This document shows positions 12,500-24,294 of a stretch of 41,584 bases of DNA, piece after piece. This DNA is from Octopus bimaculoides (lineage: Eukaryota). Each line of letters starts with the position of its first letter. Within the stretch, counting starts at the first letter, position 1. A model generated the notes under the pieces. The model saw only the letters and a list, made by a program, of their open reading frames with translations. It was not told the DNA's origin and ran no database searches. The stretch lies in contig NC_068983.1 in the NCBI RefSeq assembly GCF_001194135.2, positions 8,182,546-8,224,129 of the forward strand, written 5' to 3'. The translations under genes were made by a program, and so were the position numbers.

Positions 12500-12600
12500 G
12501 TGCATTTTACTCTTCACCGTTTCACGTTGCTTCAGTCCACTCAGCTGTCAATGGGTAACCCTGCGACGGACTAGTCATCCGATCCAAAGGAACGCTGACC
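12500..12600 (+). mobile_element. Degenerate CORE-like SINE fragment
   Basis: tttcacgttgcttcagtccactcagctgtcaatgggtaaccctgcgacggactag. Shares tttcacgttgct with the 31400-31520 element. Confidence 0.4.
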
Positions 12601-14594
12601 TGCTAGATCAGTCAGCGTCATAACATCATTTAAAAGCTAAAACAAGGCAAAGTGCATTGAGTTTCCCATTTTCTTGTCTGGACATCCGCCTCGGAAGGGT
12701 AATATCTGGGTGATATCTCATGGTCATTCGTAACAATGGAGGTTTTTTTTTTACCCTTTTGTATGTATGTATCTATGTGTATATAGATGTATGTGCGTGT
12801 GTGTTTAAATGTGGGCTTGTGTATGTATGTAAACACATGTATGCCTAGATGGAAAACACACGCACAGAGACGTACACATATAAGAACACACACACGTACG
12901 AAACCTGTTGCCGCATATTTTTCAATTTAATCTGTCTGAAAACGATCCGCCCGCTTTCTTGTAGAAGGTGCTGCACAATGGGGTCGATCTCATTTCTAAC
13001 TGGTAACGAAACAAAATTCTGAGCCACTCAGCCATTATTGCATCTAATGTAGATGTATAGTGGAAAATATAGATAAATATATTTAGCTTAGAGAGAAGTG
13101 ACGAACGAAATAATAACAATTCTCTTAGATGATATACAATAGGTTTCCGAAGTACAATATATTGTGTAAAACAATATTAATTTTCTCTTCTGTGTATGTT
13201 TGTTTGTCTTATTGGTCTTTCTATCTCTCCCACCTCTCTTTCTCTCTCTCTCAACTCTCTCTCTCTCTCTGAGTGGCTCGTAACTGTTGATTTATATTAC
13301 AAATTCTAAGATAAATAGTTTCGACTGCATCGTAAGCACAGTTGCTACACCTTCAACACATTAACTTCAACGCATACGCCTCATAATTAAAACAAACTTT
13401 ATTTCAGTTCGTAATACTCTAAGTAAGTACTGAACTAACACAAAACGATTTCTTGTTTCCAAGTCAATTTTTGATAAATAATTAAATAAATATAAATGAT
13501 CATATAAATAAAAATAACAATAAAAATAAATATAACTGAAATAAATAGCAATAAAGAAAAGAAGAATCAACCATTTATTATTATTTTCTAAAGCCATTTG
13601 TAAGAAATATGATATTCCATCAGTTACCAATATTGCAACTTTGAATCCGAAAACCAATATTTATGGTAACAGCTTTTATTTATGATTCAATTCTAAAGCT
13701 GAAAACGTCCAACTATATATCGTTATGAAGAACACTTGAAGACACTGTAAGTTCTTTATATTCTGTTCTTGTTTTGTTCATGCTTTCGAGAAATCTTCAT
13801 TTGAGCTATTTATCATAAAATTCAGTCATTCTTTTATAATAAATGTGGGTTTTATTTCTGTTTCACTTGGTAGACCTATGTAAAGAGATATCAACTTCCA
13901 CATCATTACGCTCTCCGTATTAAGTTTCTATGCGTTTCTTCGCCTTCGCTTTCTGTTTACTTGTTGGCAAACGGACCAAAAGGCTAGATATATACGTTAC
14001 AAACTATTTTATGTAAAACTACTTGCCTGCAATACTTTTCAATATCAAGTAGGATAACTTATTTTACTTGACTTGCTTTAGTTTTGATTCTATTCAGGAA
14101 ACTGCAAATATAGACACACACACACACACACACATGTATCCACACACACACACGCACACGTATATCCACACACACACCCTCACACCCTCCTGTGTTTTGT
14201 TCCTTCAAGGCCCTCAAATATTTCTAGTTCTTTGGATTCATAATTTCTCCCTTTTCATTCAAAACTCATGAACGAATTCATTTGAATTCAGGCAAACCGA
14301 CACATACAGACTGATACGAAGAAAAAAAAAAACAAAAGAAACAAAAACACTGAGTTACACACTAAAAGACGTGTAGACTGTAATTCAAAAATAAGCAGAC
14401 ACATACACTACTCACAATATGTCACTAATATATAACCTTCAATGTCCTACAGCGAATACCTGTTTGATTCTACCCTCCTGGTATGCGGCAGTGAATGCAC
14501 CAATATCCTCAATAAAATTCTTACTCAAATGTACTGAGTTCAGTCTTTCTGACAGTTGAACCCAGTAACATATATTTCTTACTATATGCATATA

Positions 14595-15046
14595 CAGGGT
14601 TGGTCAAAAGTCAATTGCCGGTAGATCAAAGCCATTTAATTCCAAAATTTATATATATATATATATATTGTTGTTGTACTTGGGGATGGTCATATTGCCA
14701 GTTTAGCCAATAAAAACACACGCGCTGTATAACCATCCCCAAGTACAACAACATTTGTTTCAACACACGATTTCACATCAAAAATCTTGCAAAACAAATA
14801 TATATATATATTCTTTTACTCTTTTACTTGTTTCAGTCATTTGACTGTGGCCATGCTGGAGCACTGCCTTTAGTCGAGCAAATCGACCTCAGGACATATT
14901 CTTTGTAAGTTTAGTACTTATTCTATCGTTTTCTTTTGCCGAACCGCTAAGTTACGGGGACGTAAACACACCAGCATCAGTTGTCAAGCGATGTTGGGGG
15001 GACAAACACAGACACACAAATATACACACACACACGCGCACCCCCC

Positions 15047-15077
<31 letters not shown>

Positions 15078-15459
15078 TACATACATATATACGACGGGCT
15101 TCTTTCAGTTTCCGTCTACCAAATCTACTCGCAAGGCTTTGGTCGGCCCTATGCAATAGTAGAAGATATTCCCCAAGTTTCCACGCAGTGGGACTGAACC
15201 CGGAAACACATGGTTCGTAAGCAAGTTACTTACCACACTGCCATTGAATGAATTTCATATGAGACTTCGCTAATTATATATGAGACTTGGCTAATAAATA
15301 GACAAATGTTGAAAAAAACAAAACAAAACAAAAGAAACAGTGATTATAACTCCCAGCATTCAGTTATTCAACATTCATAATTAGAATGAATAAATAAAAT
15401 TGAATAGTAAATATATATGGAATTTTGATTTACTGTTGGATGAACATTGGTCAACCCTG
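14595..15459. mobile_element. Non-autonomous Tc1/mariner-type element (imperfect TIRs, TA flanks) with a nested SINE
   Basis: TA|CAGGGTTGGTCAAAAG at the left end and CATTGGTCAACCCTG|TA at the right end. Similarity extends about 37 bp inward. Confidence 0.6.
14811..15242 (-). mobile_element. Full-length tRNA-derived SINE, family A
   Basis: Colinear with 7386-7749 plus 8088-8152, with an internal (CA)/(AT) tract and the tail gactgaaacaagtaaaag on the minus strand. Confidence 0.92.
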
Positions 15460-15572
15460 TATATATTTATATATGAATTTAGATTCAGATGAATATGGTA
15501 CTTACGTTAAGGCACCAGAATTATGGTATTAGCCATACAATTTCAAAGTAAAATGATTAAAATCAAAATAAA

Positions 15573-15666
15573 CAACAAGGATATCCAGAGGTAATGCAGT
15601 ACGATCGTTTCATAAATTGAGTCGCATGAAACGATCGTACTGCATTACCTCTGGATATCCTTGTTG
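15573..15666. repeat. Perfect 41-bp inverted repeat with a 12-nt spacer
   Basis: caacaaggatatccagaggtaatgcagtacgatcgtttcat / aaattgagtcgc / exact reverse complement. Confidence 0.95.
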
Positions 15667-17353
15667 CTTCTGNNNNNNNNNNGCCAACCTGCTGGATCAA
15701 TGTGTACCAAACTTGGCATTACTCAGGGCAAGTTCTAGGAGGTGCAAATTTTGACTCTTACCCATATGGGGATTCTTTTTTTCAGCTGATTTTTGTTTTC
15801 GATGACGGACATTCCGAATATGCAAAAAACTATGTTTTCAAAATTTTGAATTCTCCCTCCCCACAAATTTTAGATTTTAAACTTTTCTTCAAATTTGTTT
15901 TCAGTCTACGTGGAAAAGTATGGAGATTAAGAATATGGAAAAAAAATCAATTTCAAATTATCTATGAAGAGCTCCAAAATTGATCCACAAACCCCTCGCC
16001 ACCCTATGCCGTTGTCTAAAACTGAAAATAAACAGATAAATGTCTGGAAAATTTCTGTGTTTGTGTGTGCGCATGCAACAATTTCTACAATGAACAGAGA
16101 AAATAAACAGAAATATCTTTTACATACCCGTTATATACATCGGTTTCGTTTTTTCGCTTTAATGGTAAAAGATTCTGATAGAAGCAAACACAATATTGAA
16201 TAATTCTCCGTCATACGTCTACGGCTCCACCTCTTATTTTTAAAAGGAAATATAAACGCTTTTTAATTGTGATGATGAAACGAGGGGTTTAGTCCTTACT
16301 ACCAAAATTAATTTCTCTTGCAAAAATAGAGGGTGGCATTTTTTTCTCTTTTTCAATATTTAATTAGCGAGAATATGTTGTTACCAAAAACGTTAAAGCA
16401 TTACTAACTTGATAGATCTGTTACTGAACCAGGTTTTTAATTTCATTTCATACACTACTATCATTTATATGGAGAATTGCAAACATGGCATATAAAGATA
16501 ACTTATATTAATAGAATTTTATGAGTAGATTTCCATAAATGTTTCTCTTGCGCACTAACCCCTTCCCCACACACTCATGCGAATACACATGGACAAAGTT
16601 CCATTTTGTAAGTTTATTGAAGATTTTATTATTTTGGAATGAAGAACACAAGCATAGGTGCTGAGCCAGTGACTAAACATATATTTTGTTGGGATTAATC
16701 CAATGAATTGCCAGCAAGCTATGTAAAAAGTACTTTTTCGAAGCAAAATTTCTGTGCACGGTCCTGTCACGCGCGCATTTACACCAACACTTTCACATGA
16801 AGTTTGGTTGCTGATAAACATAATTGCGACTGGAGAAAAATATAGTAAATATTTACAATAACGTCAAACTCGCTAAATACTAACCTTAACTGTAACCCTA
16901 AACTATAAATTTGTTTACAGCAGGGTTGGCGCTAAGCCCCTGCAATCCTTGGAGTCGAAGGAGCCTCCGGGAAGAACTGCAATTACTATGAAGTAAAACT
17001 TAAAATTCGATGTTACACACAGCATATATAATTTCAGAAGAAAAAGAAACAATAGGGTCTCTAAATAACGAAAGATCTTGATCTTCATACGGACGCACGC
17101 CCGGCGAAAGCTCTTATTACATTCATATAACTCATTCATTCATTCGATCCTTTATGTAATATACACTGTCGGATATCTTTCAATTTATACGATAAGCTTT
17201 ATAAATTTTAAAGTTTAATATTATATGCTGATAACTTACATTCCCTATTTTTAATATTCTTGGAGAAACTCGACTTATTAACACTGGATATGTCTATTTT
17301 AAATCAGATGTGAGTAATTATGCTTGGATAGAGATTAAAAATTATTGTATGCT

Positions 17354-17600
17354 GATATTTGTCCTCATCTTGTTTGTTGTCTACACAACTTTTCGACTGA
17401 TATACTTTCCAGCCTTCATCAATAATAATAATATCGAAAAATACCTTAGGAATGAGAACCTAGGTTCGACATTTCCACAAGATGAAGGCTGGAAGTTATA
17501 TCAGCCGAAACGCTGTTTTATCAACAAACAAGATGAGGACAAATATCCGTCAAATGTAAATAACGTACATAATCCCTCGTCTCTTAAATATAGAACTGTA
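17354..17600 (+). mobile_element. Hammerhead-bearing repeat (same family as 37281-37503) with an inverted partial copy at its 5' side
   Basis: 17354-17420 is an imperfect reverse complement of 17481-17547. 17421-17600 aligns to the reverse complement of 37281-37460. Confidence 0.85.
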
Positions 17601-17604
17601 TGGT

Positions 17605-18000
17605 GAGTTTATATCAAGACGAACAGCGCATGACCTTGCAGGTGGAACCCAGTTAGAATTTTCTTCAGGTTGATTAGCCCATCGCACCAAAAAGGTCCTT
17701 GAATAAGGGTTATTTAAGAATGTTGAACGAAACACCCCTGTTGCCAGATGCGAATTATTCAAACCCCAAAGAATTCCTCTCAACACATGGCTATGATGCT
17801 CCCCGACTACTTCTGCTCATGATCAGAGATGCACATATCGTCAGCCACCAAGGGACATGCTCAACGGGTTAAGGTCAAACAACTGAGAAGCAAATATGTG
17901 GTATTAAGCAGAATATTTGCTGTAGCCCATCTTTTTATACCAAGACAAAACAATGTACATGGTAGCACTTCCAATCAGTAAAGATCAAAAGTCATATTAT
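17605..18000. mobile_element. Probable interspersed repeat of unknown class
   Basis: Recalled as a common octopus dispersed repeat (aaccccaaagaattcctctcaacacatggctatgatgctcccc). Single copy in this window, so not verifiable here. Confidence 0.3.
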
Positions 18001-18006
18001 TACTAA

Positions 18007-18230
18007 GGCAGCGAGATGACAGAATTGTTAGCATACCGAACAATATGCTTAGTGGCATCTCGCTCGCCTTTACATTCTGAGTTCAGGTTCTACCAGGGTC
18101 GACTTTGCCTTTCATCCTTTCGGAGTCGATAAATTAAGAATCAGTGAAACACTGAGGCTGCTGAAATCGACTACTCGCCTCTCACAAAATTTCAGGCCTG
18201 TGCCTTTATTAGAAAAGATTATTATTATTA

Positions 18231-18296
<66 letters not shown>
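18007..18296 (+). mobile_element. tRNA-derived SINE, family B, with a (TTA)n tail (about 18219-18296)
   Basis: ggcagcgagatgacagaattgttagc...ttctgagttcaggttc...gtcgactttgcctttcatcctttcggagtcgataaattaag, followed by (TTA)n. Confidence 0.85.
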
Positions 18297-18298
<2 letters not shown>

Positions 18299-18535
18299 CG
18301 TTATATCAGCAACCATCTAAAATGGATACTGTCAGTTGGTATTATTAAATTGTAGCCGGCGTAATAAAATAGGAGCCTTTATATGATTATTCAAAAACGT
18401 TTCCTGTAAACNNNNNNNNNNNNNNNNNNNNNNNNNNNNNNNNNNNNNNNNNNNNNNNNNNNNNNNNNNNNNNNNNNNNNNNNNNNNNNNNNNNNNNNNN
18501 NNNNNNNNNNNNNNNNNNNNNNNNNNNNNNNNNNN

Positions 18536-18599
<64 letters not shown>

Positions 18600-19811
18600 C
18601 AGAGAGAGAGAGAGAGAGACAGGGACAGAGAGAGAGAGAGAGAGAGATAGAGGGACAGAGAGAGAGAGAGACAGACAGAGAGAAAGAGAGAGATAAACAT
18701 GTACGGATGGATAGATAAATATACAGATAAATTTATCGATAGATAGATAAATATAGGGACAGAAAGATGCATCACGGCAACAATGCTGTTACAAGCGTTG
18801 CTACAAGAAAGCAAGGAGTCGGAACATTTCCACTAAATTATCCACCTATAATAATGACATTTTTATTTTCTCTAGCCTACAATGATCACAGGCCAATTTG
18901 ACTTCGGTTGGACGTGAAACTAGAGCGTATGAGTCGGAACAAAAATCTCTAGGCATTCCAAGAAACGTAGTAATGGCTCTGTCAAATTGACTCTTGTACT
19001 GTCACTCTTTCATTGGTTTCATCTATAGGCTGTGATTTTTGCTGGGACACTGTTATTAAAATTACAGTTAGAGGTGGCGTTTGGTCTAACACCGAAGATT
19101 CGTGATCCAGAAAACTCTAAATTCTGATTAAGATATGTATTGCACCTTGTACATGACAGCTTAGATCGATAGACCATCCTGATGGTGAATGAAATTAGTA
19201 AACTATATTTTGTTAGCCTCTCTGATCATTTAACATAAAGGATTAATCGATCGTATCAGAATAGAACACCAGGACTGACAATTTATAATTAAAGTCAAAC
19301 ATGGCGTAAAGAACAAGTTCTTTTGAAAATCCCGAATACGTATAACTGAAATAATTTGAATGCTTTCTCGTCACGTGTTGAAACACTGGTATATATACTT
19401 ATGAAATGTTTGGTAGCTCGAAGTCGACAGCATTCTGAAAATTCTAAACTCTGATAGAATAATTATCTAATTAATTAATTGATTAATTATAGATAACGCT
19501 GTGGAAGTAATTAGATTAAAAGTAAATATCTAATTGATTGCAGTTAGAGAAACCAATGTGGTGTTTGAGCGTGTAATTTGGTCCATCCGAGAATTCGCTT
19601 TATAATTTTATAATGCAAAGTTTTAAGTATATCGCGTTCAATTATAATCACGTGTATGTGCTCCTTACATTAAAATGACAACATAGTTGTTTTTACAGAT
19701 GTGAGGCAATAACAACAACACCACCACTACCACCATCACCACCACCAACACCGTCCTCACCACCACCACCACCACCACCACCACCAATAATAATAATAAT
19801 AATAATAATAA

Positions 19812-20088
19812 ATGTGGAATCTAAAAACAGAAACAATTCCTATTATAGTAGGTGCTTTAGGTATAATAAAAAAATATTCAGACAAATACATAACAAAAAC
19901 ACCAGGACTTACAAATATATATAACATGCAGAAAAGTGCGCTACTGGGCACAGCACACATCCTACGCAAAACACTTTCAATACAGTAACCATAAGTGCAC
20001 CACAGCAAACCACAGCACATACCCAAGGCGCACAGAGCTGCGCTCGGTAGTGAAGTGAAAGCACGATATAAAAATAAAACTACTGAAC
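19812..20088 (+). mobile_element. 3' end of an R4/Dong-type LINE (REL endonuclease C-terminus and 3'UTR) within (TAA)n
   Basis: 19812-19988 is open: MWNLKTETIPIIVGALGIIKKYSDKYITKTPGLTNIYNMQKSALLGTAHILRKTLSIQ*. The IPxxVGALG and QKxxLLGTAxILRK motifs are typical of R4-clade ORF ends. (AAT)n lies on both sides. Confidence 0.85.
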
Positions 20089-20106
20089 AATAATAATAAT
20101 AATAAT

Positions 20107-20219
20107 CCTTTCTACTAAGTGCAAAAAGCTTGAAATTTTAGGGGAGGGGACTAGTCGATTACATCGAACCCAGTGTGTAACTGGTACTTATTTCATCGAC
20201 CCCTAAAGGATGAAAGGAA
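20107..20219 (-). mobile_element. 3' half of SINE family B
   Basis: Reverse complement contains tttcatcctttaggggtcgatgaaataagtaccagttacacactgggttcgatgtaatcgacta. Confidence 0.8.
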
Positions 20220-20244
20220 AAGTTGATAATTAAAAATTTAAGAC

Positions 20245-20480
20245 GCAGACACTATCCCAAAATAGCGCTGCTAGGAACAGCCAACATTCTACGCAAAACA
20301 TTATCAATTCAATGATACAATCTATACAAGACAATCCACAAACCCAAGACACACTTGTATAGCAAATATGCAATGAAATAAACTACCACCAGTAAACCAA
20401 TTACCCAACGCATTACACGCACAACACACACAACACACAATACAAGCGCTAATAAAACAAAAGACTGCACTACACCTCAT
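20245..20480 (+). mobile_element. Short 3' fragment of a second R4/Dong-type LINE subfamily
   Basis: 20259-20315 reads KIALLGTANILRKTLSIQ*, followed by a 3'UTR different from the 19812 copy. The 3' boundary is approximate. Confidence 0.7.
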
Positions 20481-20665
20481 AAAAAAAGAGAAAATAAAAG
20501 AAATTAATTCTCTTATCGAACTAATGTTGCCCTTGCTGCAGCTAGTGGCTACATTGAAGACAGGAAAAATAAGTCGATTGTGAGTAAATACTTCTGACTT
20601 AGCTGGAGATTTCTATTGCTTTTCCTTATTAAAATATAGCGAAATGAAATTGGTGTTTGAATAAC

Positions 20666-20667
<2 letters not shown>

Positions 20668-20727
<60 letters not shown>
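20668..20727. repeat. (GT)n microsatellite
   Basis: Seen directly in sequence. Confidence 0.95.
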
Positions 20728-20732
<5 letters not shown>

Positions 20733-20830
20733 ATAGTAATAATAATAATGACAATAATAATAATCCATGCGTATTAAAATATTTCACATATTTACAAATT
20801 CCATCCATGGATTATTATCCTTATTATTAT

Positions 20831-21430
20831 GTGAAGAAAGCTCTCAGTTTATTTTACTAGATATGATGGAAAGTTTCAGCTGTCCACACCCAACAGTCTA
20901 AGGTAGCACTTGTTTACTGGTCATGCTTCAACAAACTTGTGAAGAATTCTTGCAGTTGCAAGCAATACTGATTTTTGTTGGATATCTACCTACACACTTA
21001 CACCGATCTTTTTCAGCCACTTTGGTAGTTGAGTGCTAATACTTCCATGTGCATCACTTACTATTTGGTATCATGTCTACTCTCTTCCTTGACCACAACC
21101 TTCGTATTTCCCAATTCAAATCGTTATAATTGTTTATTTTTTCTTGTTCTTTCATATGTGAGATTGTTTCGTTTATGCTGCCACATACCCTAAAAATAGC
21201 GATTCGCTACTCTTATCTATTTGGAATGTGGGTAATTAGTTCTCAGAGCTTGTTCCTGGGCACTGTATAACAATGCCTTAGTGCATCTTTTCAGATCACT
21301 TTTTCTTAACCATCTTCTTAACCAAGTGTTAATCCTTTCAGACCATTATTAGAGAGGGAAGTGCTGTCTCATAGCAAATTCGTTGAAAGATGGGTGACTG
21401 TTGGAAGAATGGCCAGTATAAACGGGCCAA
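20831..21430 (-). mobile_element. Decayed, internally deleted R4/NeSL-type LINE 3' region
   Basis: With frameshifts, the minus strand reads WLRKSDLKRCTKALLYSAQEQALRTNY...VCGSINETISH/KEQEKINNYNDLNWEIRRLWS...QQKSVLLATARILHKFVEA* (stop at 20921-20923). Ends in ataataataa. Confidence 0.8.
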
Positions 21431-21774
21431 TTCTGAGAATACACTTGTAGAAAAAAAAAAATGGTAATGTAAAAGGAGAAAGGGCTCTATACCCCTTTCT
21501 TATTTTTTCTGACCAGGCTCCCGTGGTTTTATGGGTTTTTCCACGCGTAACCTTTCCTTTTTCGAAGCGCCTCCCCCTTTGGGAGTTCTACTTATTTATT
21601 TATCTGTTTATTTATCTATTTATTTATTATATCTTTCTCCGTTTTCTTCCTCTGTTTGGACGAACTTTCCTACCTTTTCGGACAAAACTTTTTGTAACCT
21701 TCGTCCTGTCTTTGTCCTTATATATTTTAATTGATATTAGCCCTTGTGGCCAATAAAACGAATTAATTTTTTTT

Positions 21775-21790
21775 ATTATCATTATTATCA

Positions 21791-21845
<55 letters not shown>

Positions 21846-21882
21846 ATTATTATTATTATTATTATTAGTAGTAGTAGTAGTA
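21775..21882. repeat. (TTA)n/(GTA)n microsatellite
   Basis: Seen directly in sequence. Confidence 0.95.
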
Positions 21883-22595
21883 ATGCATACCTTCGCACGC
21901 ACACACACACACAAGCACAAGCAAGTCACACAGACACACGTGTACACACCACACTCACACAAATACACGCATGTTGTTTACAGACGACTGTCAAAGTTCT
22001 CAATTAACATTGTTCTGTTTATATTTGTTGGGCGATAATTCACAAGTCACTCCATTGTTCATGTACACAAGTTTATATACGTCTTTATGCACGCACGAAT
22101 ACATACAATTTTGTGAGTAGCTATAAGAGTGGAAAAACGAATACTGTTCTCGTAACACACATGTATCTTCATTTGCGTTGTGGTCCCTTCATTTGTAACA
22201 GTATATTTTTTATATATGCCTTTAGTAATTGAAGTATTTCTGAAGATTGACGCCTTCTACTTTGTCAATCAGACAATAACAAGATATTCCTACTTAAGCA
22301 ATTATCTTTCGTCTGCGAAAAGATCCCGAAAAACAAAATGACATTTAAAGAACCACTGTTATACAATAGATGTTTATGGCTATAGGGCTAATATCTGCTT
22401 GATCGAATCAATTTGCAAAATTGATGCAAATAATGATAATTATAAAATATATATTAAGTGTTGGTTAGCCTGATTAACTGAAAATCACTAAGACTTGAAG
22501 CAATATCTCACGATTATCTTGTTATTTTGACGTATATATTTCTTTGTTAATTCAGATGCATCATTAATTTGGAAGCGTGATATCTACACAAAGCT

Positions 22596-22646
<51 letters not shown>

Positions 22647-23555
22647 ACACACACACACAGTAGTATGAGTGTAACTTCTAAATCAACTATTTTATGTTTA
22701 TGATTATCCATCCGCAGTTCTTTTGTTTCGTTTTTCTTTTTATTTATTATTATTATTAACAATTTCATTATCATCTTCTTTAAATTCTGTTTCATGTTCT
22801 TGACGAGTGCCCTTCTGACATGTAGGGTAATGACACGCAATGTATAAATTTGTAGCCCATTACATTTGTTCATTTACAAAGTCAAGTGATAAATAAAAGA
22901 TGGAAGACTGAGAGAAAAAGAAAAATATAAAATATAAAAGTAAACAAGAAAATAAAGAGCAAAAAGAAAGGAGAGAAGATTCACAGCGACAGTGCTCTTT
23001 TCAATACGTGTCACATACCAGTTAATACAATATTTTGCGCTTCCTGCATGAATGATAATTCAGGGATCATTCTCAAATATTTTTCATTTCCTTTATGGAT
23101 CATTTCAAGCGCTCCTATAGTCACTGGCATTGTAACCGTCTTGAGTTGCTAAATTTGCTCCAATTACCGTATGGTATTATTAAATGTTGTTTAGTTTTAA
23201 CTTTGGTCTTGTACTTGAGATAATCATAAATATGTGAGGGTTGGAATAGATGGAGAAAGAGAAGCAGCCTAGCGAGTAGACCAAATCCCACACGCCTGAA
23301 AATAGGTTCGGTAGATGGTGAGAATTGCTCTGGTTTACAGTTTTTGTGATTGTAAAATTTGAATATATTGGAGGGGCTTATCAACTTGAATTTTTGGATT
23401 AAGAAATAAGATATTTACGGAGATGTACTTGCATAGGAAGTAACCAGATCTGAGATTGTGTTCTGGAATGAAAACAATTGTAGCGTGGAAGGTGTTTATA
23501 AGCCATTTAAGAAACACACAAAAACCGTTAGATTCACTTCAACATTTAAATTTAA

Positions 23556-23606
23556 TTTGCCAAAATATTTTCATCGCTTTGAGACCAAGACCTGTTCATT
23601 GACAAA
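23556..23606 (-). ncRNA. Degenerate copy of the G3:C8 hammerhead-like motif
   Basis: Minus strand: tttgtca-ATGAACA-g-GTCTT(ggtctcaaa)GCGAT-GAA-AATATT-T-tggcaaa. Position 3 is mutated and stem II is disrupted. Confidence 0.4.
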
Positions 23607-24243
23607 ATTCCGTGCTGCATCTCAGAATGTAACAGTTAGTTCATGATATATATGTACGTATGTGTGTATGAATGTATGTATGTATGTATGTATGTATGTA
23701 TGTATGTATGTATGTATGTATATGTGTGTGTGTGTGTGTCTACATGTATGTGCATATGCATATGTGTATATGCGCATGCATGTGTGCATACCTATACGCA
23801 TGTATTTATGTATGTATGTAAGTATGTACGTATGTACTTATGTATGTACGTCAGTATTNNNNNNNNNNNNNNNNNNNNNNNNNNNNNNNNNNNNNNNNNN
23901 NNNNNNNNNNNNNNNCACACATATACATACATACATACATACATACATATGCATATGCATATAAATAAGCACACACACACACACACGTGTGTGTGTGTGT
24001 GTGTGTGTGCGTTTGTCCCTCTCACCACGTTTGTCTTAGATGCATATATACACATATAACCTTACTTATACATATATACAAGTACACACAATCATATAAA
24101 CACTTGCACACACTCACAAATATACGTATAATCTTAATGTTAATATACACACATTCATACATACATACATTCATGCATACATACATACATACATATATAC
24201 ATATCATGAGCTAACTGTTACTTTCTCAGATGCAGCACGGAAT

Positions 24244-24294
24244 TTTGTCAGTGAACAGGTCGCGGTCTCAAAGCGACGAAAATATTTTGGCAAA
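24244..24294 (+). ncRNA. Putative minimal type I hammerhead ribozyme with a G3:C8 compensatory core
   Basis: Stem I UUUGUCA/UGGCAAA; core GUGAACA plus an extra G; stem II GUCGC/GCGAC with a 9-nt loop; GAA; palindromic stem III AAUAUU; cleavage triplet UUU (24285-24287). Confidence 0.55.

Noticed and set aside
12845-13060. Protein-like ORF QNFVSLPVRNEIDPIVQHLLQESGRIVFRQ (minus) and an alternative plus-strand 38-bp exon (12965-13002)
   Set aside because: The minus frame has a stop just upstream and a weak acceptor, and the plus option is short. Neither can be supported.
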